The notes under the pieces are model-generated. The model was not told the DNA's origin. It saw nothing but the letters and a program-made list of their open reading frames with translations, and made no database searches. A stretch of DNA of 56,972 nt. Origin: a virus. Lineage: Duplodnaviria > Caudoviricetes. The DNA lies in IMG/VR virus record IMGVR_UViG_3300043654_000022, positions 1 to 56,972 of that record; one strand, given 5' to 3'. Position numbers and translations under genes: made by a program. This document shows positions 14,180 through 24,769 of the stretch, one piece after another. Position 1 is the stretch's first letter; each line of letters opens with the position of its first letter.

Positions 14180-16323
14180 TGGCAGACCCGTTCGAGAATG
14201 TGGACACAAGCAGCTTAGAGCAGAGTGCCCACGATAAGGCTATTGCTGCACTGGCGCAGACGCCTGCGAACGAGATTACGGACGAGAACACGTATCTTGA
14301 TGCCGACACCGGAACGGTTCAGTTCAACGATACGGCAGCCATCAAGTTGGTCATCGACAACACCGCGATGGCTGACAACTACATGAACATCAACCAGTGG
14401 GCTTCGGGTTGGACAATGGCGGACTTGCTGTACCAGTCACCCGTGTCCGGCAACGGGGACGGCGCTACTGACGTGGCGACCTCCGCGGTTCCGAAGTTCA
14501 TGGTTTCTAATCACATCTCATCGATTGTGCCGAAGATTATGGGCGGCATTTTCTATGAAGACCCGTGCTTCTTGCTGCGCCCGTCACCGGGCACCACAGA
14601 GCAAGTGATTCAAGCGAAGACGGCAATCTTTGAATTTCAATTGAAAGCAATGCGCTTCGAGGAAGAAGTCGAGCGCGGCTTGGAACAGATGGCCTTGTTG
14701 GGCACCGCGATTTGGAAGTGGGGCTACACCGAGTACAGTAAGAAAGAGAAGAAATACAAGCGCTACGCCGACAAGACAACAATTGCCGATGGCGAAGGCA
14801 CAATCGAAATCGATACGCCGGAATCGGATGACTTTGAAATCGAATTTTACGACAAGGAAGTCTCCCACCCTTGGTTGAAGTATTGCGACATCCGCACGGT
14901 CCTCGTGGACCCGGGATGCCGTCAAGGCGACATCCGTTACGCCAAGTGGGTGGTCTACCGCGACTACGCAACGTATCAGGATTTGAACAAGCTGCGCGAC
15001 ATGGAAGGCTACGACATCCCTTCGGAAGAAGTTTTGAAGGCGATGTTTTTGAAGCCTCACACGGGCAGCAAGCCGGACAACATCTCGATGACCATCCCGG
15101 AAGGGATGTTGGGTTATTTGCAGCACGCAACCCCGAGAAACCAAGCAAACACCGCGGACCCAACTCGCGCGCCGTTGGAGATTTTGGAGTACTGGGACAG
15201 CGAGAAAGTTATCGTTGTCTTGATGTATAACAGCAACTACATTCTTATTCGCAACGAGCAGAATCCGTACGGGAAGATTCCTTTCTACTCGGCAAACTGG
15301 CGCAACATCCCGGATTGCTTTTACGGGCAGGGCCTAGGCCTGCTAATTGGTAGCGAGCAAATCGTTGAGCAAGGCGTAACAAACCTCGCACTAGACCTGC
15401 TTGCTTACTGCTTGCAGCCCGTGGCTCTACGTAAGAAAGGATTCAACGCCCCAACGCAGAACACACGATGGGAACAGGGCGGCATTATCGACGTTGAAGA
15501 AGACGTTGAGAAGGCCTTTAAGTTCCTACAAATGCCGACTCCTCCTCAAGAGGCGTTTGCCTTCATCCAGCAATCACAGAGCGCGGGCGCGGCCACATCG
15601 GGCGCGAACGAGCAAGTTATGCAGGGCGCTGGACACGCAGGCATTTCTACGACGGGTATGAGAAGCGGGACGGGAGCAGCGGCGGTTGTTGCAGCCAACG
15701 CATCGCGTCTTGATGGACCAACCGGACGCTTCGTACGCCAAGTGTTCGAACCTTGGTTGCACCAGATGGACGACCTTGACAACGATTTGTTGCCGACCGC
15801 CGTTCTTCGTGACATTTTAGGCGACGAGATTAGTGAGTCCTTCAAGGTTGACCACATTGACTACCGTAACTCGGAAGTCAAGTATGAGGTCTTGGCGGGA
15901 GCAAATCTGGGAGCGAAGAAGGAAATGGCGCAATTCTTACCAGTCCTCATCCAGATGTTCACCAACCCAATCTTTTTGCAGGGTGTCAAGGACGCCGGAC
16001 ACAAGTTCGACGCTCTTGCAATCTTCCAATCATTCTGTGACGCAGCAGGATGGAAGTTCTCTCAGAATTTCGTCGTTCCGATGACGGACCAAGAGAAGGC
16101 AAAAGAACAGGCAAACAGCCCAGCAGCGTTGCAGGCGGCGCAAGCACAAAGCGCCAAGGCAATGCAGGACGCTAAGTTCAAACAAGAACAGACCTTGGAA
16201 AACCAGAAACAACTTGGCAAGGCTGGCAACGAAGCTGTTCGAGCTTCGATTGAGAAATCAACTCAGCCCGAGTACCTAGGTACGAATAATACCGAGGGCT
16301 TCGGCTCAACTACAAGTTTGTAA
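14179..16323 (+). CDS. portal protein
   Basis: follows terL; LLGTAIWKWG, NPYGKIPF, FYGQG motifs; Gln/Ala-rich C-terminus. Confidence 0.88.
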   Translation: MADPFENVDTSSLEQSAHDKAIAALAQTPANEITDENTYLDADTGTVQFNDTAAIKLVIDNTAMADNYMNINQWASGWTMADLLYQSPVSGNGDGATDVATSAVPKFMVSNHISSIVPKIMGGIFYEDPCFLLRPSPGTTEQVIQAKTAIFEFQLKAMRFEEEVERGLEQMALLGTAIWKWGYTEYSKKEKKYKRYADKTTIADGEGTIEIDTPESDDFEIEFYDKEVSHPWLKYCDIRTVLVDPGCRQGDIRYAKWVVYRDYATYQDLNKLRDMEGYDIPSEEVLKAMFLKPHTGSKPDNISMTIPEGMLGYLQHATPRNQANTADPTRAPLEILEYWDSEKVIVVLMYNSNYILIRNEQNPYGKIPFYSANWRNIPDCFYGQGLGLLIGSEQIVEQGVTNLALDLLAYCLQPVALRKKGFNAPTQNTRWEQGGIIDVEEDVEKAFKFLQMPTPPQEAFAFIQQSQSAGAATSGANEQVMQGAGHAGISTTGMRSGTGAAAVVAANASRLDGPTGRFVRQVFEPWLHQMDDLDNDLLPTAVLRDILGDEISESFKVDHIDYRNSEVKYEVLAGANLGAKKEMAQFLPVLIQMFTNPIFLQGVKDAGHKFDALAIFQSFCDAAGWKFSQNFVVPMTDQEKAKEQANSPAALQAAQAQSAKAMQDAKFKQEQTLENQKQLGKAGNEAVRASIEKSTQPEYLGTNNTEGFGSTTSL

Positions 16324-16364
16324 TCCGGGAGGGGCCGAAAGGCCCCCACCGATAGAGGTAACCA

Positions 16365-16763
16365 ATGTCAGAACGTAAATTGCTTGGGCAGAACTTGAAT
16401 TACGAAGAACGAATTTTGTTGGCGCAGCTAACCACCCAACCGGGTTGGAAAGTTCTCGTCAAGTTGATGGCAGAAGCCTGCCGTACAGCGACGGAAGAAG
16501 TAATCAAGTTGAAGCCAACAACAGAGCGCTACACGGAGCAACTCGCAGGGTTGCAGACTACCGCTCACGCGATGAACAAGTTTTCCGCCGAGGTGCTTGA
16601 CTCCGTCAAGCTACACCAGCGTAGAGCATTACAAGAAGTCAACGTGGCAGGAACCGCCGGGCAGGCCGATGAAGTAAAGACGACCCGCTTCTCTGGATTC
16701 AAGCCACCAGTAGCACGAGTAGTACCACAATCCCCGGAAGGGGCAGTTTCAGAATCGAATTAA
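16365..16763 (+). CDS. hypothetical head-module protein
   Basis: L...PGWKVL motif after the portal. Confidence 0.7.
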   Translation: MSERKLLGQNLNYEERILLAQLTTQPGWKVLVKLMAEACRTATEEVIKLKPTTERYTEQLAGLQTTAHAMNKFSAEVLDSVKLHQRRALQEVNVAGTAGQADEVKTTRFSGFKPPVARVVPQSPEGAVSESN

Positions 16764-16773
16764 AAGGTGAGCT

Positions 16774-18036
16774 ATGAGCACAATCAATCGCGAAGATTTG
16801 ATGAATATGGATTGGAAGTCCATCGCCGCGGCGTTGAAGAACCCGGAAACCCAAGGTCGAGTTATGTCCTTGATGAAGGGCGATAGAGATTTGAACGCTC
16901 ACATCAACAAGCTGTTGCTGGCGAGAAACTCGGAGTTGTCGCAAGTTGAAGAACAGGTTGACCACCAGATTGCGGTCGCCGTTCCTCCGACCACCGAGGC
17001 TTTGGCAGCGGAAGCGCAAGCAGCGACAGAGGTCCCGGTAGCACCGCCTGTGGCTGAACCAGTAGCGCCCCCGGCAACCGCGGAGCGCAAGAAGATTGTG
17101 CGCGAGTATCAAGTGCGCGACGAAGATGGCAGTCCGATTGGCCGCCCAACACATTTGGAAGCTTGGTCATCGGAAGAGATGATGGAGAAGATGCAAACGG
17201 CGCATGAAAATGCGACGCGCGCATTTCACCGCTTGAAGAAGCAGAAGCTGCAATTCAAGGAACAAGAGCAGAGTCGCTTGCTGACGCCGGAAGAGATTAA
17301 AGCCGTAGCAACGAAAGCTTTGGAAGGCAAGGACGCCGCGGAAGCCGAGAAAATCGTGCGCGCAGCCCTTGACAGCACTTTTAAGCAAAGAGAAGTTGAG
17401 ATACAACAGAAGAGTGACATGCAGGAAGGTTTGGCAATCGCCAACTCGTTCATCCTCCGTCATCGCTTCGACTATAACCCGTGCAAGGCAAACAACGATG
17501 CGATGGCTGAATACCTTCGCGAGCACGGACTGAATTATACCTTGGACAACTTGGAGGTCGCGTTCATCGACCTCTCGGAACAAGGTGATAAACTCGCCGC
17601 CGTGGATGTGAACAGCTTCCCGGCGGCAAAGAGACCAGCGGAGCAGGCGACAAATACGCCTGTCACCGCGGCTGCATCAGCAGTTGTTGCTCCAGCGGAA
17701 CTCCCGCCAGCACCAGCGGCAGCAGCGATACCAGCAGAAGTAGCCCAACCGGCGGCTGTCACAGAAGCAAGCCAGCCAGCGGTTGAAGAAACGGTAACGA
17801 CGCCTGTAGCAACGCAGCCTAATGCTGCTACGCCTACCCGTCGTCCGGGCGTGAATGGGAGCCTACCACCGGGAACGATGAGCGCAAATCGTCCCTCGGC
17901 AGTTGACCCCGCTCAAGCGAGAAAAGAGTTCATGAGAGAACTCAAAGTCATGAAGCCGGAAGTAATCAGACAGAAGTTGAAGAGCGACCCTCAGTTCGTG
18001 AAACAACTTCAAACTTACGGCATTCGCGTCTCGTAA
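16774..18036 (+). CDS. scaffold-like protein
   Basis: coiled-coil and Pro/Ala-rich, directly upstream of capsid gene. Confidence 0.7.
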   Translation: MSTINREDLMNMDWKSIAAALKNPETQGRVMSLMKGDRDLNAHINKLLLARNSELSQVEEQVDHQIAVAVPPTTEALAAEAQAATEVPVAPPVAEPVAPPATAERKKIVREYQVRDEDGSPIGRPTHLEAWSSEEMMEKMQTAHENATRAFHRLKKQKLQFKEQEQSRLLTPEEIKAVATKALEGKDAAEAEKIVRAALDSTFKQREVEIQQKSDMQEGLAIANSFILRHRFDYNPCKANNDAMAEYLREHGLNYTLDNLEVAFIDLSEQGDKLAAVDVNSFPAAKRPAEQATNTPVTAAASAVVAPAELPPAPAAAAIPAEVAQPAAVTEASQPAVEETVTTPVATQPNAATPTRRPGVNGSLPPGTMSANRPSAVDPAQARKEFMRELKVMKPEVIRQKLKSDPQFVKQLQTYGIRVS

Positions 18037-18078
18037 TCTCTCTCCCGCGAAAGCGGAGACTAGCTTGCAGAGTAGAAT

Positions 18079-20155
18079 ATGTCAGGACCTAACCCATCGG
18101 GAAATAACGTAGCAAACGTACTAACGGCGCAAGCCATCATCAAAAAGGTGACACTCTAAAACAACTTGACTGAAAGAGTCAAATGTGCTAGAATAGACAA
18201 TCTCTTCTTATTGACTTGAAACCTGAAACGGCAACAAGGCGGAAGCCGAAAGGCACCGTGAGAGACTAAGCGAAGAGACGCCGAAAGGCGATGCGATAGT
18301 CCGTTCTTCCGAGAAAACAATCGGAAGAAGCAAGCAGAAATGACTTGCTCTCTGGAATACACCAGAGTAACAAAACAGCTTCGACAAGGAACTTATCCCT
18401 ATCGCGTAAGCGAGCAAGTTCCGAAGGAATGACATGAAGGTACGAAACATCGTTGGACAGACTTTTGGGAGACTGACCGCCCAGAGTGCCGCAGGCAGTA
18501 ACAGCAGGGGGCGAGCACTGTGGTTGTGTCGTTGTTCTTGTGGCAAAGAGAAAATAGTTCTCGGAGACCACTTAACACGAAAGGATGCCAAAGGCGTAAG
18601 GTCTTGCGGATGTTTACAGCAAGAGAATCGTACAAAGCATGGAGCATTTTCTTCAAATTCAGATATAAAATACCACGTTCGTTATTCTCTTCTGGCAGGC
18701 TTGAAGGACAGAAGCCGCAGAAGGGGCTACGAATCAGACTTAGAAATCTCCGACATACCCGAGATTCCTGAGCTTTGTCCCGTTCTTGGGACTCGTTTGA
18801 GTTTGCACCGAAACAGCCACGGCAAAGGAAAAGGCAGAGGCAGAAATAGACAAGACGCCTCTCCATCAATAGACAGATTTAATTCAAATCTTCCGTACCT
18901 TAAAAAGTACAAAGATAATCTGTGTATTATTTCGTGGCGAGCAAACAAGCTAAAGTCAGACGCGTCTCTTGTCGAGATGAAGAAAGTGGTGGAATATCTT
19001 GAAAATTGGGGCACTCAGCAGAGTGAAAAATCTTCTCTAATTGACTCGAAACCCAACCAAATCGGGGGCAACGAGGCGGAAGCGAATAGCGCCGTGAGAG
19101 ACTAATCGAGAAGACGCCGAGAGGCGATGTAATAGTCCGGTCTAACAAATGAAAATTGTTAGAGGCTGGCGGAAACGACCAGTCCCGTGATGGGCGTCAC
19201 GGTAACATATACGAACCTAAAGGGTAATACAAACGCCTTCGTTGGAGCAGCAGAGCGTCGTGTTCAAGGCCTTCACATGGGCGTGAACCGCACCTTCTTC
19301 CAGTACAACACTTTGTCGGGTGACACTGTTCAGAACAGTGACGGCACTGTGGGTTCGCCGGAAACCATCAGCCAAGTCAGCGCGCCAGCGCAGATTGGTG
19401 AGTGGAACAACTATGCGAACTTCTCATCGTTTGCAATCGCAGCCGCAATCGATGAGCTCGTTGGCAACAGCGCAGTTGAACTCGGCTACCAAGCTGGGCA
19501 GTCAATCAGCGAGTTGTACAGCGCAGTTGCTGACAGCGCTTCGGGCGTAGACAGCAACGTGAACCAGTCAAGCCTATTGGCCTCGCCGTTTATACTTGAT
19601 TTGGCAACCATCCGTACTTTGAAGCAGCAGCTTGTTTCGAAGAACGTGCTTCCATGCAAGCGTGGAATGTATTTGGGCGCAATCAGCCCGAACGTGTTGG
19701 GCGACATCTACAACGCAACGACTGTGAACAACAGCATCGCTGACTTGTGGAAGTACGAAAACATGGAGAAGTTTGATGCGACCGCGGGCGCTGACCAGAA
19801 CAAGGTCATCGTGTTGCCGGGCACCAACATCGGCTTCATGCAGACCCCGTTCGTGACCACGACGGCTAACTACCAAGCAAGCGGAAAAATCGGATACCGT
19901 ACCTACGTATTCGGTAACTACGCAATGATTGGTGTTTGGTTGCAGGTTCCGGGCGACACCGACCTCGATGAGGGAGACTGGAAGACGATTGACTGCCGTG
20001 TCGTAACAGACGCGCCAGCATCATCGTTTGACCCGGTTTCGACAATCGGGGGATGGTGCAGCTACAAATTTCATCAAACCGTTACGTTGCCACCAGCAAC
20101 GGGCTTGAACTCGCAGCGTATCCGCTACATAGATTCGGTTCCGGCCATTCAGTAA
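18079..20155 (+). CDS. major capsid protein, spliced: join(18079-18140,18379-18400,19214-20155), 341 aa
   Basis: exons join in frame to MSGPNPSGNNVANVLTAQAIIFDKELIPNLKGNTNAFVG...; position after scaffold. Confidence 0.85.
18141..18378 (+). mobile_element. group I intron 1 (238 nt, no ORF)
   Basis: 5' splice site after U paired to IGS ggtga; core ccgtgagagactaa...gatagtcc; ends in G. Confidence 0.88.
18166..18194 (+). promoter_or_regulatory. sigma70 promoter inside intron 1
   Basis: TTGACT-17-TAGAAT with extended TG. Confidence 0.65.
18401..19213 (+). mobile_element. group I intron 2 (813 nt) with endonuclease in the P1 loop
   Basis: IGS tggggc near 19006 pairs exon ccct; core ccgtgagagactaa...aatagtcc; ends in G. 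Confidence 0.88.
18434..19105 (+). CDS. intron-encoded HNH-like homing endonuclease
   Basis: GQTFGRLT..WLCRCSCG..SCGC N-domain; CPVLG..SPSIDR..N..IISWRAN..K. Confidence 0.85.
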   Translation: MKVRNIVGQTFGRLTAQSAAGSNSRGRALWLCRCSCGKEKIVLGDHLTRKDAKGVRSCGCLQQENRTKHGAFSSNSDIKYHVRYSLLAGLKDRSRRRGYESDLEISDIPEIPELCPVLGTRLSLHRNSHGKGKGRGRNRQDASPSIDRFNSNLPYLKKYKDNLCIISWRANKLKSDASLVEMKKVVEYLENWGTQQSEKSSLIDSKPNQIGGNEAEANSAVRD

Positions 20156-20212
20156 CTAAATAGTTACTATGACGAACTTCCCACGGGCTTATAATCCGCG
20201 GCTTACTAATCA

Positions 20213-20254
20213 GGGGGAGCCTCGAACTCCCCCAGATTATCTTTCGAGGAGATT
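20213..20254 (+). promoter_or_regulatory. kissing-hairpin leader covering the endonuclease SD
   Basis: loop cctcgaa complementary to ttcgagg overlapping GAGGAG. Confidence 0.65.
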
Positions 20255-20539
20255 ATGTCAGAAGCAACAAGAGCAGCAAGTCGTCGTTATTATCAAAAGA
20301 ATAAGGAAGCAGAACAAGGAAACAAATGTGCTATTTGCCGACAGGAAACTAATTTGCTTGTAGTAGACCATAATCATCTGTGTTGTCCATCGAGAAAAAG
20401 CCGAGCAGGATATAAAACTTGTGGCAGATGTAATCGTGGCCTCTTATGTCGTTCATGTAATACAGCAATCGGATTGTTCAAAGAATCGGAGCAAGTCCTC
20501 AGCAGCGCAATCCAATATCTCAAAGGATACCAACAATGA
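20255..20539 (+). CDS. endonuclease VII-like (His-Me) nuclease
   Basis: CAIC..VDHNH..RGLLCRSCNTAIG. Confidence 0.85.
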   Translation: MSEATRAASRRYYQKNKEAEQGNKCAICRQETNLLVVDHNHLCCPSRKSRAGYKTCGRCNRGLLCRSCNTAIGLFKESEQVLSSAIQYLKGYQQ

Positions 20540-21228
20540 GCATCATTCTACCGGGCCAAAATGATTTTAGATTGCCGGGTTCTGACGTAGAGAATCCATT
20601 CAACGAGCGTCACGATGTGAAAGCAACAAGCGAGGCGATTGAGCGCATGCTCGCTGGGGGCACCCCGAACTGGGTGAAGTTCCCACAAGATTATAAGGCG
20701 ATGGCAAAGGAGTCCTTTGCGTCCCACCGAGAGGACTCGGAGCGCATGGCGACCCAATACAAGTGGGACGACCAAGACGTGCTGACCGATAGAATCGCAC
20801 GACGTGTAAACGGGATGACAACCCGAAATTTTATTGAAAGAAAATTGAGAGCAAACGGCATCAAGTGTGGCGTCATCGACAACGGATTCGTTGGCGTGGG
20901 CGGCATTCCGACAGTCGGTTTGTTCTGTGTTCCGCCTCACAAGACTGATAAGCTGAGACCTGTCTGTTATCTCGACGTTCCGATGATGTACGAGTGGAGC
21001 GTCTTGAAGCTAGACCAGTACGGGATTCCAGCAGGCGAGGAGTCGCGCGGCTGGCGCACGGCCGCAGTGCAGCTTGTGGAAAAAGAGATTATCACCGAGG
21101 CTGAGTGTCACCGGATTTTCGGCGCTCCCCCGGCGAACAGACTTTCGGCAAGATACTACCGCAGTCTTTGGGAAAAGCGTCACCAGAAACCGTACGCTGA
21201 CGAAGACGAGCGTGGACTCACCGAATAA
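20536..21228 (+). CDS. hypothetical protein
   Basis: ATGA coupling, AAGGA SD. Confidence 0.75.
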   Translation: MSIILPGQNDFRLPGSDVENPFNERHDVKATSEAIERMLAGGTPNWVKFPQDYKAMAKESFASHREDSERMATQYKWDDQDVLTDRIARRVNGMTTRNFIERKLRANGIKCGVIDNGFVGVGGIPTVGLFCVPPHKTDKLRPVCYLDVPMMYEWSVLKLDQYGIPAGEESRGWRTAAVQLVEKEIITEAECHRIFGAPPANRLSARYYRSLWEKRHQKPYADEDERGLTE

Positions 21229-21308
21229 AACGGCAGACGTTCAGGCCGAATTGCCCGACCAAGGCACGAAACTGGCGTGGAAGAAGTTTAGCCCACAAAG
21301 GAACTAAC

Positions 21309-21893
21309 ATGGCAAACCCGACTAAAAAGCAGGACGCTTTCGGAGAAGTTAACGAAGCGAACATGGGCGAAGTACTCAACAGCGCAGCGAACGGAGCCGT
21401 CTTAAACGACGCCGAATTCAAGGCTCTACTGTCGTTGATGATGTTGAAGGAAAAACGCCTTATTCAGAAGGAAGCAGACTTGGAGCGCATCGCCGTTGAG
21501 CGCGACAAGGTGGCTCGCATCAATTCTGAGCAGTACACCATTGCGAAGATTACAACGCAGAAAAACTGCCGTCACATGAAGGGCGGCAAGTCTCGTCAGC
21601 GCGGCCAACAGAAGGACCCGGCAGTTTACGCTCACACGTTCACGGATGGCACCACAGTTATCAAGTGCCAATTGTGCGCCGCGAGATGGATGCCGAAGGA
21701 TACCGCTGAGTTCCTCTTCCGCAACGGCAGCGCAATCCCGAATTGGACTAAGATTGGCTGGCGCGAAGCTATTGAGCTAGCTGGCGAGTCGAGCAACAAG
21801 CCGTCATCGTCAGAGCGTTTCTTCATGACAACCAGCAACGAAGAAGCACCAAAGACAACGGAAGGCGTAAGCGTTCCGAACTTGCAGATTTAA
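21309..21893 (+). CDS. hypothetical protein with putative Zn site (C.H..KGG...CxxC)
   Basis: AGGA SD. Confidence 0.75.
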   Translation: MANPTKKQDAFGEVNEANMGEVLNSAANGAVLNDAEFKALLSLMMLKEKRLIQKEADLERIAVERDKVARINSEQYTIAKITTQKNCRHMKGGKSRQRGQQKDPAVYAHTFTDGTTVIKCQLCAARWMPKDTAEFLFRNGSAIPNWTKIGWREAIELAGESSNKPSSSERFFMTTSNEEAPKTTEGVSVPNLQI

Positions 21894-21901
21894 GCAACTC
21901 T

Positions 21902-21935
21902 CCGGGGGCCGGGAAACTGGCCCTCCTCTTCTTTA
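21902..21935 (+). terminator. probable terminator
   Basis: ggggccgg-gaaa-ctggccct stem with pyrimidine tail. Confidence 0.55.
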
Positions 21936-22053
21936 TAGGGAAGAAGAATACATGACATCAGTCGCAACGACTCAAACTTCTCAAACCACCACTTGCAGAT
22001 TCTGCACCCCGCTACATTTTAATGCGCCCCTATCTGCGCGAGGATTTTAATTT

Positions 22054-24003
22054 ATGACAGCAAAAGGCGTAAACTCTCCCGCACCTACGACAGCAGAAGT
22101 TGTCGGCGGCGTATATAATGTATCCCCACCAGTGCTGGCCGACGGACAAGCAGCCGCGTTACAGGTCGATGTCAATGGAAAACTCATTACTTCTGGTGGC
22201 AGCGGAGGCGGTGGTAACGTAAACATCACCGGAGTTAACAGCAACCCTCCGGCATTGAACAATCCGCTTCCTGTAGAGTTATCAGACGGCACGCAAGCGG
22301 TTGGCACGGCAGGAAATCCGCTCAGCGTTAACGTAATCACGGGCGGCGGTTCAAACGCGTCTGTGGGCGTGACCGGCGCGGCGGCACCGGCTTCTGCGAC
22401 AGAGATTGGTATTGTTGATGGCACAGGAAAGTTACAGAACGTTTCTCCGACAAGCCCTCTCCCAATTAGCGCGGCGTCTCTTCCTCTTCCGACGCTAGCT
22501 GCGACGAGCACTAAACAATCGGATGGTAGTCAGAAAACGCAAGTTGTGGATGGCTCTGGTAACGTAGTTGGTACCACGGGAAACGCTCTCGATGTAAACA
22601 TTAAGACAGGTATTTCAAATCCGCTCCCCGTCTCTGTCGCTTCCTTGCCGCTCCCGGCTCTTGCTGCTACATCCACTAAGCAGTCGGATGGCACTCAGAA
22701 AACGCAAGTTGTAGATGGTTCTGGTAACGTAATTAGTTCTACCGGAAACGCTCTCGATGTAAACATTAAGACAGGTATTTCAAATCCGCTTCCCATCAGT
22801 GGCACCGTCGTAACGAATGCCGATACGACAATCGGTGGGACAGTTGCACCAAGCAAAGAAATCTTAGTGGCGGGAAAAACCAACGACGGCACGCCGCAGT
22901 ATCAGCCTATCCCAGAGGGCGCGGGTGGCCGCTCTGTTATCGTAGAAGGTGTTGCTGGCGGAACAGCCGTTCCGGTTTCAGGAACAGTAACAGGTAACCA
23001 AGGGACTGCGGCTGCTAACACGGCGGGTTGGCCAATAACGTCAGGCGGGGTTGCGGAAACTACCGCAGCGTGGACCAGTGCGACAGCGCAGAACACCGTG
23101 TTGCAATTGAACACTGCGGGGATGTCCGCTGTTGTGGTTACGATAGCTTTGACAGGTACCGTTGTCTCCGCAATTTTAACTTTTGAAGCCTCGGATACAA
23201 CAGCGTTTACTACCGCATACCCGATTACAGGAGTTAAGGCAGGGACCACCAACACGGCGGCAGCGTCTAACTCTCCTATTAATGTCATCGCTATCGCCGG
23301 TATAGCTAACACAGCCATAATTTTTAATGTGTCCGCTTTCGCGGCGTTTCGAGTTCGGCTATCTACGGCTATAACCAACACAGGCACGGCGAGTATTGGC
23401 ATCTCAGCATCGGCGGTACCAAACAACGCTGGCGCGGGGGCTATGACCAACGTGTCTGGCTCTGTGATATTTGCTATCTCGCAAGTAGGACCTACAGCCC
23501 CGGCAGATAATTTGGCTTCGAATTCTATCTTCCAAACCAGCACCTCTTCTAGTTTTCCGTTGTCTGTGGCCGATGCTGTGTATGGTGGGGCGTTTAGTGG
23601 CACTCCGAACGCAGCACTACAAGGTTGGTCTAAACTTCGAACACCGACGGTTTTCAAAACAGCATCAGCTACAGCGAGTGGCAACACGGCATTGTGGACT
23701 CCTGCCTCGGGGAACAAATTCCGATTGATGCGCTTCATGGTTCAGATTACCGGAAACTCTACAACAGCAAGCGGCGCAGTTGTAACCGTCAGTTTCCAAG
23801 ACTCTGCGTCAGCGACGAATATCGCTATGGACGCGTTCGTCCCTTCGGCCTCTTTGGGGACCGGTGACGATTTTATCAGCCCTTGGGTTGACCTCGGAAA
23901 CGGCTTCTTGAGCGCGGCTGCGAACAACGTTTTGAACATAAACCTGTCGTCCGCGTTGACCGGTGGAAACGTCAGAGTAACAGTCTGCGGGACGGAGGAA
24001 TAA
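22054..24003 (+). CDS. fibre/spike-like structural protein
   Basis: G/T/S/A-rich, NPLPV motifs, internal duplication. Confidence 0.75.
   Translation: MTAKGVNSPAPTTAEVVGGVYNVSPPVLADGQAAALQVDVNGKLITSGGSGGGGNVNITGVNSNPPALNNPLPVELSDGTQAVGTAGNPLSVNVITGGGSNASVGVTGAAAPASATEIGIVDGTGKLQNVSPTSPLPISAASLPLPTLAATSTKQSDGSQKTQVVDGSGNVVGTTGNALDVNIKTGISNPLPVSVASLPLPALAATSTKQSDGTQKTQVVDGSGNVISSTGNALDVNIKTGISNPLPISGTVVTNADTTIGGTVAPSKEILVAGKTNDGTPQYQPIPEGAGGRSVIVEGVAGGTAVPVSGTVTGNQGTAAANTAGWPITSGGVAETTAAWTSATAQNTVLQLNTAGMSAVVVTIALTGTVVSAILTFEASDTTAFTTAYPITGVKAGTTNTAAASNSPINVIAIAGIANTAIIFNVSAFAAFRVRLSTAITNTGTASIGISASAVPNNAGAGAMTNVSGSVIFAISQVGPTAPADNLASNSIFQTSTSSSFPLSVADAVYGGAFSGTPNAALQGWSKLRTPTVFKTASATASGNTALWTPASGNKFRLMRFMVQITGNSTTASGAVVTVSFQDSASATNIAMDAFVPSASLGTGDDFISPWVDLGNGFLSAAANNVLNINLSSALTGGNVRVTVCGTEE
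22471..22795 (+). repeat. 165-bp tandem duplication (55 aa)
   Basis: ASLPLP.LAATSTKQSDG.QKTQVVDGSGNV...TGNALDVNIKTGISNPLP twice. Confidence 0.9.
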
Positions 24004-24494
24004 TGTACTCAACACCAACAACCACAAAAGGCGTACAAGCCGCATCTACTACCCCAATACAAAATATCATAGACAGCGGGCGCGTAATAAAAATTTTTTC
24101 GGCTTCTTTCTCTGCTGCCACAACCGAGGCTATGGTGACTATCACCCCGATTTCTGACGGAACCGCAGGAGCAACAGGAACATCGTTTACTGTGACCGCA
24201 GGGAAGAGACTTCGAATTCAATCTTTTAGCGTCACCACAAAGAACGCTGGGGCTGCTATCCAAGGCGTTGTTTGTAATCTTAGAATAGCAGCAAGTGGCG
24301 CGGTTATTGCCACTTCGCCTCTGGCTGCCACTGTTGGTGCTGGCACTTTATCAGCGACAGCAAACAACGTCGCAGGCGCGGCTATGGATTTTCCAGATGG
24401 CTTGGAATTGAGTGGCACCATGCAGCTTGGTATCTCTCAAGTCGGTACGGCAACAGCCGGAAATGTTGTTACTTTAATCGGATACGAGTACTAA
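24003..24494 (+). CDS. structural protein resembling the C-terminal domain of the upstream fibre
   Basis: TV.AGK.LR.......V...G.E ending similar to upstream gene. Confidence 0.65.
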   Translation: MYSTPTTTKGVQAASTTPIQNIIDSGRVIKIFSASFSAATTEAMVTITPISDGTAGATGTSFTVTAGKRLRIQSFSVTTKNAGAAIQGVVCNLRIAASGAVIATSPLAATVGAGTLSATANNVAGAAMDFPDGLELSGTMQLGISQVGTATAGNVVTLIGYEY

Positions 24495-24757
24495 TGGCAC
24501 ACACCTATGTGGTCTCCTCCGCGACTTACATTCCGGGGTCTGCGCCCGACCCGTTAGTCACCATCGTAGGCACCGTAGACGGAACTGATGTTACGGTTAC
24601 TTTGTACCTTAGTTCTATTCAGCAAGCCAATGCGGCTGGCGGAATTACAGCAGTGAAAAATTTGGTCGCGCCCGTCATGCTCTCTCAAGCCGTAGTTAAT
24701 AATCCGCCAGCGCCTCAAGCGCCAGCACAGCTTCCAACAGGAACGTTTACACAATAA
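24494..24757 (+). CDS. hypothetical virion protein
   Basis: TAATG coupling. Confidence 0.7.
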   Translation: MAHTYVVSSATYIPGSAPDPLVTIVGTVDGTDVTVTLYLSSIQQANAAGGITAVKNLVAPVMLSQAVVNNPPAPQAPAQLPTGTFTQ

Positions 24758-24769
24758 AAGGACCCGCCA

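Noticed and set aside
19187-19213. Capsid start at 19187 as given in the ORF track
   Set aside because: This stretch is the 3' end of intron 2; the real start is 18079
22471-22795. DGR template/variable repeat pair
   Set aside because: In-frame tandem duplication with mostly synonymous, non-adenine-specific differences; no reverse transcriptase recognised in the window
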